This document shows positions 1-12,700 of a stretch of 64,000 nucleotides of DNA, piece by piece. The stretch covers positions 277,512,001 to 277,576,000 of the forward strand of contig OZ024742.1 in assembly GCA_964016885.1 (NCBI GenBank), in the 5' to 3' direction. Each line of letters begins with the position of its first letter. The first letter of the stretch is position 1. The notes below the pieces were generated by a model. It had not been told where the DNA came from. It did not search any database and saw nothing but the letters and a program-made list of their open reading frames with translations. The position numbers were made by a program, and so were the translations under genes. The stretch comes from Eledone cirrhosa (lineage: Eukaryota).

Positions 1-878
1 GACATAATTCACATTAATAGATTAATATGTAAGTATATTAAAGGTTTTCATTTGTTATTACACTGTGCTACGGCTAACTTATTTTGCTTAGGGAATTTTT
101 TTGGTATATGACCGTCTTTTCGAAGCACACCTCTTTTTAAAAAATACGTACTTTCTTTTTGGATTATTAAACAGAAAATGTAGATAGTTATTTAATGAGG
201 TGAACTAATATCTGTAATATCGTAATAATTACGTTCTGTTCAGAAACTTTCTTTTTTAATTAAATAAATTGGCAAAATCCTATTTTGAAGTGAAACTAAA
301 ATCCGATGAGAATATGTATCCAATGGACTGGGCTAACTGTATGTATGTGTGTTTTTCTGTTTTTATCATTTTATAAATATATATATATGGAGAGAGTTGG
401 TTTCTAGCATAGACACAAGACTCATTGGGATTTAGACAACATCAACTAGGTAGATGTGGCTGCATGCGTGCGTGTGTGTGCAGATATAGATGTTATTGTA
501 TGTGTGGGTGTGTATGTTTTGAGTTATGTGTGCATGTATGTATCTATGGATGCATGCGTGCATGTATGCACGTACGTATTCGATGAGTAGTTAAATACAA
601 ATATAAAATTTACCATACATGCATGCATGTATTGTATGTATGGCACATTTTATATTTGTGGTTAGCAACTCATCGAATCGGCAGATTATATCGTACGATG
701 GAATCGGCTGATTTTATTTTCACTTCAATATAGAAAGTAATCCTCGGTCTAGAATATCATGAAAATGAAAGAAATTGAACCATTTCTATAAACAAAATGA
801 AACCTTTAAGATTGAATAATTTATCTGTAAAATGTTTAAAATCTGGAAGAAAATGATTATAGTGAAAGTAAAATGAAA

Positions 879-1871
879 TTATGTTGGATAATAACGTCTG
901 GTGCATTTTATAAATGACATAAACAAGTTATTTGGATGGCAACGACGCCAGCAAAATTCTTGCAAGTAATTGGAAAATAGATCGTTTGCATAGTTCGAAT
1001 GTTTGGCGCGATATTTCTCTTTTACTCTATTCCACGTTCCTTCTTTAGAGTTCGTGTGTATTGTTTTATCGTTAGGATCAAAGAAGTGCAGACTGTGGTT
1101 GGGTAGTTTCTGAAAGTCACACCAATAATCAGTAATAACGCGGGTACCGGGCAACACATACTTAACGATAGTGGGTAATAAAATAGAAGCATCTCGTTCT
1201 GAGACAGGCACAAGAACACATCTAAGGCTATGTCGTTCCACCATCCCTAGGACCCAGTGGCCCTCTCGATATTGTCCACGAGGGTGTTTGCGGTGCATGA
1301 ATTTGCATTCGTCGATCTCCACGACTACTCCCTCTCCTCCAATTTGTATAGGATTATCGATACACCACATAGCACAAATATCTCTGAAATAGTTATACCA
1401 GTTAACTATTGTTTCAATCCCTACACCGACCTGCTCCATAACCACACATTGTTTACAGTCAATTGCTGACCACCAATACATAAGCTCTATAATGCGAGGC
1501 AGTGGTAAACGAGAACCCGAGAAAAAAGAATCTTGTCTAATGCTTCGATAACTCCTGCATTTAGAACATCGCCACATTTTCCCATCTGCACGGGTCTCCC
1601 TATCCACCAAACTCATAGGCGTATCACAGCACTGTGCGTTATTGTGAATTAAGCCCGAACAAGCAAGGAACTCAATGGTAGATTGAACGTCCCTCGTTAT
1701 GAGATAAATATCGCGTAACACGTAATTTCTTAGAGTCAACTCATCATTGTTCATTGTCTCCTCCACGATTTTCTCACATATTTTTTGTTTAACAATTTTA
1801 GCACGTTTAGCAGGCTCAGGCATTTCGGATGTTTCTTCCATGTTTAATCTATGGCCCTCTTCCGTTTTCAT
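879..1871 (-). CDS. Merlin/IS1595 (ISXO2-like) DDE transposase or transposase-derived protein
   Basis: Intact 330-aa ORF with a Cys zinc-ribbon (CCDTPM...WRCSKC) and IS1595-type motifs QIGGEGVVVEIDE, WVLGMVER, LPGTRVITDYW, HTNSKEGTW, YLQEFCWRR; D, D and E are all present; no TIRs found. Confidence 0.85.
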   Translation of the reverse strand: MKTEEGHRLNMEETSEMPEPAKRAKIVKQKICEKIVEETMNNDELTLRNYVLRDIYLITRDVQSTIEFLACSGLIHNNAQCCDTPMSLVDRETRADGKMWRCSKCRSYRSIRQDSFFSGSRLPLPRIIELMYWWSAIDCKQCVVMEQVGVGIETIVNWYNYFRDICAMWCIDNPIQIGGEGVVVEIDECKFMHRKHPRGQYREGHWVLGMVERHSLRCVLVPVSERDASILLPTIVKYVLPGTRVITDYWCDFQKLPNHSLHFFDPNDKTIHTNSKEGTWNRVKEKYRAKHSNYANDLFSNYLQEFCWRRCHPNNLFMSFIKCTRRYYPT

Positions 1872-2039
1872 CCGCTCTTTCGTTTTAAGTAGACCTTCAA
1901 CTGAATTGTTTAGCAGTCTCCTTATTGTATGTTATCTTGAAAGATCAGCACTGACCACGCAAAACGAGTTCGTAATTCATTTGTTTGATTTCGCCTTTTG
2001 TTTTTATGAAGGTTATTCGGTGATCTTTTGTATTAGGTA

Positions 2040-2320
2040 GACGCAGTGTAAGCAATGACTTCGGTATTTTCCGTCAGTCTCCGTACTATACACATATATT
2101 TTAGTCAAATTCCTACTGAAACATCGAAAAGATCTATTATGATGTCCAAGCATGTTGTGATATTACATTTCCGGGGAAGTTTCGTAAATAAGCAGCCGAC
2201 GTAAATGGCTGTAACTTTTTATTTGTTTTTTGAAAATTTGTTTTGAACCGGTGCTGCGATTTGAACCGAGCGGTAATTTGAAACTGGGGATAGCTTAAAA
2301 CCTTTGCACCGGGATATTTA
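2040..2320. promoter_or_regulatory. CpG-enriched putative promoter upstream of the Merlin ORF (possibly bidirectional)
   Basis: Local CpG enrichment, ETS-like TTCCGG/GGAAGT at 2169-2180 and an AAATGGC motif; function is inferred only. Confidence 0.25.
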
Positions 2321-3072
2321 CGAATTTGTAAAAAAAAAAAAAAATGTTAGTTTTCAAAATTTCTTTATATATATTTTGAATTTGAAATTATGATTCTGCA
2401 ATATATTTTTTCAATATCTCGTTTTTTATTTATTATTTACCCTCGTACTCTCTTTTGCTAACAAGGTACCTCTATGTGGTTGCTCATCCTGCAGGAAATA
2501 GCAGCCAAAATTTTTCTCAAATGACTACCTTAAAACAACAACATACTGAACAACGATCTTCCCATAAAAGACCCGATGGTCATGGCTAGAACACTTTTAA
2601 TCACATGCCTTACTCGATCAGTGTTTAGCCTGGGAGGGGATTAAAGAAAACCCCCAATAGCAAGTTAGTCAACCTTTAGCATTTGCTTTCTCAACACGCA
2701 TTTATGCATTTTAATGAAAACTCCTACATTTTAGGTCTCTTACATTTATGATATTTTATTGTTTTGCTTTGTTTTTTTTTATTATTATTTAGACGCTCTT
2801 CCGACTTATTCCAGAGTCTGTAAAAAAACGTTTGCTATTGTCACTTTAAACACGACCAGTTTGTTGTATAACCAATTAAAACACCAATGAAAAATAAAAG
2901 TGCAATTAGATAATTTCCGACGCTATTATATAGAAATGCCATCGTATGATATAATATTGTTTGTACGTTGGCCACGCTGAACCCTTCTCACAATGGAATC
3001 ACAGTTTTGGTGCCTGGCACTGGATGACACCACTATATATATATATAAATATATATATATAAATATATATAT

Positions 3073-3267
3073 AACGAAGGAAGAGTGGTAAGGAACCAGA
3101 TGGATCATAACACACCAGAGTACTCAATACTTAGGGTAGTAGAGTGGGTAATAGGAAAAAGTTTGACCCCGACGGCAGAGCTCAAGCCGTTTCGACGGCT
3201 ATTTCTGGACTGAAATAGCCGTCGAAACGGCTTGAGCTCTGCCGTCGGGGTCAAACTTTTTCCTATT
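3073..3267. mobile_element. Penelope-like pLTR fragment with a perfect fold-back, inserted in (TA)n
   Basis: Perfect 56-bp inverted repeat (3150-3205 / 3212-3267) flanked by (TA)n; same family as 20697-20806; carries the hammerhead 3' half GAAAC...GUC. Confidence 0.6.
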
Positions 3268-3489
3268 CATATATATATATATATATATATATAATAATAG
3301 CATTAGCCTGAGCAGCTTTAGCAATCTGTGACTTTGAATTATGCTCTTATAATCTCCCATAATAATCTGTGCCTTTGAATTATGTTCTTATTGTCTTCCA
3401 TCTGTGTAAAGCTTAGTGAAATCGGATATTGTATGGATTCATAAAACTCATGGTCTAAACAGTCGATTTATTCCAGAGAGAGAAGAATT

Positions 3490-3720
3490 GAGAAAAAGAT
3501 ATAGAGAAAGAATTGACTCCTGTTAATAAAAAGGTGGAAGTTAAACTGGTTTGGGCATGTCATCAGGAGAGGAGATGATAGCTATGTTAGAAAGTCCTAT
3601 AAGAATGAATTTCCTGGGAAAAGGACACAGGCCAGACTTCCCAAGAGATAGAAGTATAAGATTTATAGAACATGCTGGAATACTGCTGCTCACATTGGAG
3701 AGAATTGCTCTGGACAGGAA
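3490..3720 (+). mobile_element. Degenerate RTE-like LINE 3' fragment
   Basis: Translates to KRWKLNWFGHVIRR, resembling the RTE C-terminal RLxWFGHV motif. Confidence 0.4.
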
Positions 3721-3966
3721 AGTTGATATCTACAGTTTACCAATATAGAAATATGAAATTTGCTCTGTTAAATTTATCTCTCCTTAAGTATTCTCCATTA
3801 TCTCATACTGTTTCTTTCTTATTTCAGAATACCAGATGACATTGGGATAAATGAATTTTTTAACCTTGGATACATCACCTATATTTATCATCATTTTAAG
3901 ACTAAAACTTTTTACACAGAACTGATATAGCACTGTTTATTTAAATCTGTTGTAGAATTACTCTGA

Positions 3967-4560
<594 letters not shown>

Positions 4561-4711
4561 TCAGACAAGATAAAAACCATTTCACTCACCCAAAATAGTG
4601 CCACAAATGTAAATGTTTTGAATAAAACTGATTTACTTAGAAATTATTCTTTTTTCATTTTATTTGTAGAAGTTGTGCTGTCAAAACTGTATGGTACATA
4701 ATTTACAAATT

Positions 4712-5495
4712 ATCATCATCATCATCATCATCATCATCGTTTAACGTCCATATTCCATGCTTGCATGGGTTTGGACGGGAGTTTTCCCACTTGAGGCAAG
4801 AGTGGTTGTCTTGCTCGCATAGGACTGTCTGGCGGGTTTTCTACGGCTGGATGCCCTTCCTAACACCAACCACATTTACAGTGTGGAACTGGGAGGTTTT
4901 TACCGTGTTACCTACATGGCCACATTACAGCGTGGACTGTGTGTTTTTTGTCGTGAGACCTACACGACCTTATTTGTTTCGGCCTGGATGTTGTGGTACC
5001 AACATAACTTTACATTGAAAGGGGCGGTGTGGATGGGGTGGGGGTAGTGGGACGGAGGTGTATTTTTGTATTTTGTTAGAGGTGCCTACTGACTGTAGTA
5101 GGTTTTACTTTGTATTTAGGTAAGGCGGGTCTTCTCTATTACTGAGTACCGCCAAAGATCTCGGTCCAGTGACATTGTCTTGGAGAGGTGTAAGTGTGTG
5201 AGGTCGAAATTTATCAAGTCATCCCAGGTTTTTCTGGGTCTTCCTACTCCGTGGCTACCGTCTATTTTTATTGCCCTGCACTTTTTTATACAGCTGTCGT
5301 CTTTCATGCGCATCACGTGACCATACCAACGTAGCCTTCTCTCGAGTAAACAACATCTGATCCCTCTTATTTCTAATTTTTCCCTTAGTTCGTTAATGCT
5401 TTGCCGTTCACGTATATTACTATTACACATCCAGCGGAGCATGCAAGCTTCGTTCCTCTCTAGTCTGCGTATATCCTCTGCACACAATGCCCAGG
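4712..5495 (-). mobile_element. 5'-truncated RTE-clade LINE
   Basis: MLRWMC...RRLRWYGHVMRM...GRPRKTW C-terminus and 3' UTR ending in GACGTTAAAC(GAT)n; close paralog at 8424-9152. Confidence 0.85.
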
Positions 5496-5516
5496 TATAT
5501 ATATATATATATATAT

Positions 5517-5740
5517 GAAAGTATGTGAAGGCGTGTGGCTGATTAGAGAACTGGATTTGCAATCGTGAGGTTGTCAGTTCCTGGACCAGGTGATGCGTTA
5601 TGTCCTTGAGCAAGACACTTTATTTCACGTTGCTCCTTCTACCTGGAGTTGCGACCGATAGATAGTATTAGCAATTGGAAAGACCAACGGAAACATTGTT
5701 TCCTCGGTCCGATTTGACAAAAGTCGGTCGAAAAGATATA
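5517..5740 (+). mobile_element. tRNA-derived SINE with CORE-like domain
   Basis: GGCGTGTGGCT head followed by TGTCCTTGAGCAAGACACTTTATTTCAC; related copies at 6840, 10905 and 22765. Confidence 0.6.
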
Positions 5741-5825
5741 TGAAAGTATATGTATGTAGAAATTTGTGTCTATGTAGTATGGACAGTATGTGCATATCTG
5801 TATGTGAGTATGTGTATGTTTACGT

Positions 5826-6440
5826 CATCTTCATCACCATCATCATGGCTTTTACGTCCGTTTTTTCCAGGCTTGTATAGGTTAGACAGGTCCTTCTTAA
5901 CACAGCATCTCTCCACTTGTCGCATTCCTTCATGATCTCGTCTGTGAGTCTCCGCAATTTGAGGTCAGTTCACACCACCTTTGCCTAGATCTTTCTTGGT
6001 CAACCTTTACTATGGCTTCCTTCCACTGGGATTTCCTGGCACTTCTTCACCCAGTGATCATTATTCATGCGCACCACATGTCCGTACCAATGCAGTCTTC
6101 TCTCCTGCGGATCCCTCTTAAACCCAGCTTCTCCGTTAACTCGTCAAAGCTCTACCTTTCTCTCACACTTACATAGCACATCCAACAAAGCTTGGTTGCT
6201 TCATTTCTTTCCAGTATCCACGTCCTCTCCAGTCCATAGCCCATGTTTCACTACCATGCAGCATCGCAGTTCACACACAGTCGTTATACAGTCGGCCTTT
6301 TGTACAAAGGAAGAAACCTTTTGTGTTCAACAGTATTCTCTAAACTTTTTCCATCCTTTCCTTATTCTAGCTATTCTTCTATCAGAGCACCCTCCTCTGC
6401 TGCTAATTAAGTCACCTATATCACAAGATATCAACCACTT
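5826..6440 (-). mobile_element. Older RTE-clade LINE fragment
   Basis: Minus strand encodes RLHWYGHVVRM...GxPRKIW; (CAT)n tail and TTTACGTCC terminus. Confidence 0.7.
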
Positions 6441-6664
6441 TTATATGTGTATAATTACATGTGTATCTATATGTGTATATATCTACATAGATTTGCAGTA
6501 TTCATTGTGTCTCTCAACTGTGAGTTTAAATCCCACTGAGGTCAATTTTATTGCTATTATTTGAGGTCTTTAAATAATATACCAGTCAAATACTGGGCTT
6601 GATTCTTATTCTTTCTCACTCTCTCTCTCTCTCAATATATATATATGTGTGTGTGTATATATAA

Positions 6665-6990
6665 TCCATTTTACGTCCGCTTTTCCCTGCTTGCAAGGGT
6701 GGGACGGGAACTGATTCTGGCTTCATTTCTACAGCTGGATGCCCCTCCTAACACCAACCTCATTTACAGTGAGTGCTGGGTGCTTTTTTGCTGTGGCACC
6801 TACACGACCACTTTGCAGTGGAATGATATGGATCCCAGTCCCTATCATCTCATTTCTACAGCTGAGTAAACTGGAGCAATGTGAAATAAAGTGTCTTGCT
6901 CAAGGAAACAACACATCACCCAGTCTGAGAACTGAACTCACAACCTTTCGATTGCAAGGCCAATGCTCTAACCACTAAGCCATGTGCCTC
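6665..6990 (-). mobile_element. CORE-like SINE joined to an RTE-type 3' tail
   Basis: Reverse complement of the SINE head/CORE (GTGTCTTGCTCAAGG...TAACCACTAAGCCA) plus a TTTACGTCC...CTGGATGCCC tail shared with RTE copies. Confidence 0.55.
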
Positions 6991-7130
6991 AGTTTCCCTA
7001 TGTTTCTTTTTTTTGTTGATAGATATTTGTTTTTAGTTCAGCAAGTGAAGTTGAAAAGCTTCAAATATTGCCAGATAACATAATTCCCCACAATGTTTGG
7101 GATGAAGATTTAATTTCTGAATGTTTAGAT

Positions 7131-8175
7131 CAGAGGTTCTCAAAGTGGGTGCTACCATCCCCCAGGGGGCATTGAGAAGGTTCAGGGGGCACTGGAGCCT
7201 AAGGAGGCAATGGAGAGACGCTATGAATTTATTATTTATAATATTATTATAGTATTGTGTATATATGATAAAATAGTATATAAAATATCAAATAATACAT
7301 ATATATAAATATGGTAAAATAAAAAATATATAATATTTATTTATACACTAGCAGTGGTACCTGGCGTTGCACGGGATAAGGTATTTGGGAACGCGGGCCG
7401 CCAACAGACCTAATCGTGGAAAAACTGCATGCCCGACAATAAAGAAAATAAACCGAATACTCTGATGGCTGGATAATCTTTAAGATTTTCCTCGATGAAG
7501 CAGGAAAAATGCAGGTTTTCACCTAGGGGATCAAGAAAATGAATTTTTTTTATATGCATAATATGCCTTGAAATTTTGGGAAAATCGGCTAGACATAACG
7601 CCTCAAAAAAGCCCTAAAAAGCTGAAAAAATGAAGTTTTTTACCTAATGCGGGCAGCAGACAGCCAGACATACAGACATATTATAAGGGCGCGGTCTGGA
7701 TGGAGAGGGAATTGTAGGAAGTGACATAATGCAGACAGTGAGGCATACAGACAGATATTATAAGGGCGCGACGTTATATGTATGTATCTATCTAAAAAGA
7801 GAAAGACTAAGAATTATAGAGAGAGATCGCTAAATCGCCTAATGCGGTCCCTAGGGCATTGAAAATTTGAAATTTTTTTTGCTCAGACCACTCCTTGACA
7901 CATAAGTATTACATGTGTAAAGTTTGAAAACAGTCGGTTGGGTGGTTCTCTAGTTTTAGGGATTCAAACTCACACACACACAGACAGACATCCTCAGTTT
8001 TATATATATAGATAGTATAGATTATATTATTTATTGTATATGAATTAACGATTTTATTTATATATTATTTACAATTTGTGTATAGGCAGGTCTCTTTGGA
8101 AATAGTTGTTGGGGGCGCTGAGGGTATTACGTGGCCATAGGGGGAGCAGTGGCCTCAAAAGTTTGAGAACCTCTG
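7131..8175. mobile_element. Non-autonomous hAT element (MITE) with a nested Helitron
   Basis: 14-bp TIRs CAGAGGTTCTCAAA / TTTGAGAACCTCTG; 8-bp TSD GTTTAGAT at 7123-7130 and 8176-8183. Confidence 0.9.
7348..8012 (-). mobile_element. Non-autonomous Helitron
   Basis: Minus strand begins TCTATATATATAAAA, ends with a GC hairpin then CTAG, and is inserted between A and T; homologous to 18737-20172. Confidence 0.8.
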
Positions 8176-8423
8176 GTTTAGATGATGCAAATGTAACATC
8201 AAAAGTATCTGTCTACAGTTGTAGAGGGTTTGTTTGAAATACAGTAATAAACAAGCTTACTCAAAATTATCTAAAATCATAAAATACTTATTGTAATTTA
8301 TGCTAATGTTTTTAGGCATTTCTGCATTTAGACATTTTCCCAGCATACATACCTACACACATACATACAAACATATAAACACACACACACACACATGTAT
8401 ATTATATATATATATATATATAT

Positions 8424-9152
8424 ATGCTCCGTTGGATGTGTAATAGTAATATACGCAAATGGCAAAGCATAAATAAACTAAATGAGAAATTAGGAATAAG
8501 AGGGATCAGGTGCTGTTTACTCGAGAGAAGACTACGTTGGTATGGTCACGTGATGCACATGAAAGACGACAGCTGCATAAAAAAGTGCAGGGCAATCAAA
8601 ATTGGTGGAAGTTACGGAGTAGGCAGACCCAGAAAAACCTGGGATGATTTGATAAATTCCGACCTTACACACTTACACCTCTCTAAGACAATGTCATTGG
8701 ACCGAGATCTTTGGCGCCACGCAGTAATACAGAAGACCCGCCTTGCCTATGTACAAAGTGAAACCTACAGTCAGTAGGCACCTCTTAACCAAATATACAC
8801 CCCATCCCACTAACCCTACTCCACCCTCCTACTCCCTCCAACACCACCCTTTCTCTGTAAAGTTATGTTGGTACCACAATATCCAGTCCTAAATAAATGA
8901 GGTCAAGTAGGTGTCACAACAAAAAAACACAGTCCACGCTGTAATGTGACCGTGTAGGTAACACGGTAAAAAGTTCCCAGTCCACACTGTAAATGTGGTT
9001 GGTTTTAGGAAGGGCATCTAGCCATAGAAAATCTGCCAGACAGTCCTATACGAGCGAGACACAGTCACCTGACCAATCTTGCCTCAAGTAGGACAATTCC
9101 TGTCTATACCCATGCTAGCGTGGAAGATAGACGTTAAACGATGATGATGATG
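8424..9152 (+). mobile_element. 5'-truncated RTE-clade LINE
   Basis: Same family as 4712-5495 in opposite orientation; ends GACGTTAAAC(GAT)n. Confidence 0.85.
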
Positions 9153-9232
9153 ATATATATATATATGTTTATCCCTGGTTCAATCAGGGGTAACCACAGC
9201 AAGTAAGGTATTCAATACATAGCAGATTATAA

Positions 9233-9355
9233 ATATTTAATTTAGAAATGGCTTCTACAGGACTAGAACTGTTTCATTCGGAGGAGATCATCAGGAAGCC
9301 CTGATGTGTTCCTCCGAATGAAACATTTCTAGTCCTGTAGAAGTCATTTCTATAT

Positions 9356-9362
<7 letters not shown>
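9233..9362. ncRNA. Inverted pair of degenerate type I hammerhead ribozyme motifs (Penelope-like pLTR remnant)
   Basis: Minus strand reads GGCUUC-CUGAUGA-ucuccuccgaau-GAAACAG-uucuaguc-CUGUA-GAAGCC; the plus-strand mirror copy reads CUGAUGU-GUUC-cucc-GAAU-GAAAC. Confidence 0.55.
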
Positions 9363-9397
<35 letters not shown>

Positions 9398-9968
9398 AGT
9401 TTGAAGAACAGTCAGACAAAATATATCCAATTTTTCTTCTTCTTAGTCCGAAGAAATTAACTTGATAAATAATCATTTAAACGGAGCTAAGTTTAAAATG
9501 TAACTTCGAAGAAATAACAGATAAATGTCACAGACTATCCTCTGTGAGGAAGAGCCAGATAAAATTTACCTAGTCTTTCTTCTTAGCCCGTATAAATTAA
9601 CTAGACAAATAATTAATAGGAAAAGAGTCAGGACCCCGATGGCTGAGCTCCGGCTGTTTTGACAGCTAGATCCAAACTCGGATCTAGCTGGTTGCTTACC
9701 ACACTTTCTTTGTTATATATATGCCAAAAGCAAACGGAAACAACAAAGCAAACAACTCAGTGCAAGGAAAAAATATATTAGTTTAATTATTTTAGATATA
9801 GTAGGAAAAGAGTCTTTGCATTTCAGACATTTGTCCTTCATCAGAAGATAGAATGAGAAATAAAAGATGAAATAGAAAGAGAGTGAGTGAGAAGAAGGAA
9901 CAGAAAAAAACATGTATGTATTTCAGTCAGCCATTTTGGAGAATTCAGCCAGCTATTTTGTTGAAGTA

Positions 9969-10003
<35 letters not shown>

Positions 10004-10597
10004 TCATCATCGTTTAACGTCTATCTTCCATGCTAGCATGGGTTAGATGTGTTTGTCCCATTATATATATATATATATACACATGTATACATGCATACCT
10101 AAGATGACATAATTACAATTTACTGACCTCCACCTGACTTTGTTTCCTCATAACTTTCTTAACATATTTGCAGAGATACAATTTTGAATATGAAGATTAT
10201 GATTATGTTTATGACCCATCAACTAGGCTGGAGATTGATACAGTTGGCTTACATATGTTCTCACAACCATATTTTATCATGGCACCAACATTAGGGAAAT
10301 CATCCTGTTTTTAACACAACTGAAGAGTGTTCTTTGTTAGGCAAATTTTCTATGGCTGGATACCCTTCATATCACCAACCACTGTACAGGGTGTATTGGA
10401 TTCATTTTATCATGGCACCAACACTAGAGAGGTTGTGTCTTTGACAGAACTGAAGAGTCCTCTCAAACCTTTTTTAGGCATAGTTTCACAACTGGATGCT
10501 CTTTCTATCTGGGACAGTAGAAAAACCTCTACACGGTCATTCAATCAACAGGAAACAGCAGCTGAATGTCCTTCAAATTACAACTTACTGTAATTAA

Positions 10598-10805
10598 CCC
10601 TTTAACATTTACATTACTCTATTTACTATTATATTTTCACAGTAAAGGCTCTACCTCATATAATTATCTCACATAATATCGAATCTATGTGATTTTGATA
10701 TTATTTAGTTTGAGAACAATACCTTAACGTCAGTATGAGTGGCCAGTTATGACTAGTTTGAACAGAGAATTCTGGCCAGATACGGCTGGTTTAAATGCTA
10801 AAGGG
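10598..10805. mobile_element. piggyBac-type MITE
   Basis: TTAA on both sides; TIRs CCCTTTAACATTT / AAATGCTAAAGGG (12 of 13 match); partial inverted copy at ~19490-19609. Confidence 0.8.
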
Positions 10806-11689
10806 TTAAAGAAGGACACATTTGAGAATGATGTAGTCTTAGATACCCTGTCTGAATAGATGTGATAGTCATAGCTAGAACATTTGGATCATCAATCTGC
10901 TGGTGAAAGCACATGGCATATGGTCATGGTTTTAATTCCCAGACTAAATAGCTTGAGGTTTTCTTGAGCAAGGTGCTTCATTTCACATTGCTTTACCTGA
11001 TCATTGAAACACCAAAGAAATCTAGAAGATAGAATTTCATTGGAGGCCAGCTAAACCTGTGGCGATGTGAGATGTAATTTTTTTGCCATTAGTTTGCTGC
11101 ATCAGGGCTGATCAACAACAAAAAACGATGTCTGTAGAGAGAGTAAAGATTTTATGGCCAGCTTTCTTTAGTTGTATACAATAGTATTGCAGGCAATCTA
11201 AAAATATACTTCTAGTTTGTATATCTGAAGATTTCTCAATTGTGTGATGTAATTTTTATAACAAATTAATGAGTGAATGATGTTCAATTGTTCAGGTAAA
11301 GGTTTTATATCTACAGTTTATCAATAGAGAAATATAGTAAAATTTTCATTTTATAATCTTTACATTTTAAGTATCCTTTATACACTGTTCTTTATAATTT
11401 CAGATTATCAGATGACTTTGGCATGAAATAATTATTTTCTTCATATGCATCAACAGTATTCATCATCTTTTAAAGATGTTATTCAGAACAAATAAAACCT
11501 TGTTTATATAAATCTATTGTTGAACTACTGTGATTTTTTCCCTCTGAACTGTGATTAATATCAATGTCTCTCAAACAAAGAACCTAACAGAAGGAAAATA
11601 TTTGTATATTGTAGTAAAAGAAGAAAATTATGAAAACTAAATTATGTGAGAACCAGGTTAAATATGAAGCAGATTCTAAAGTCAAGATA

Positions 11690-12700
<1,011 letters not shown>

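Noticed and set aside
879-1871. Bacterial IS1595 contamination
   Set aside because: It is embedded in animal microsatellite/SINE context, and the motif layout fits the eukaryotic Merlin branch
5116-5613. 165-aa ORF as a gene
   Set aside because: Chance fusion of antisense SINE, (TA)n and a truncated RTE C-terminus
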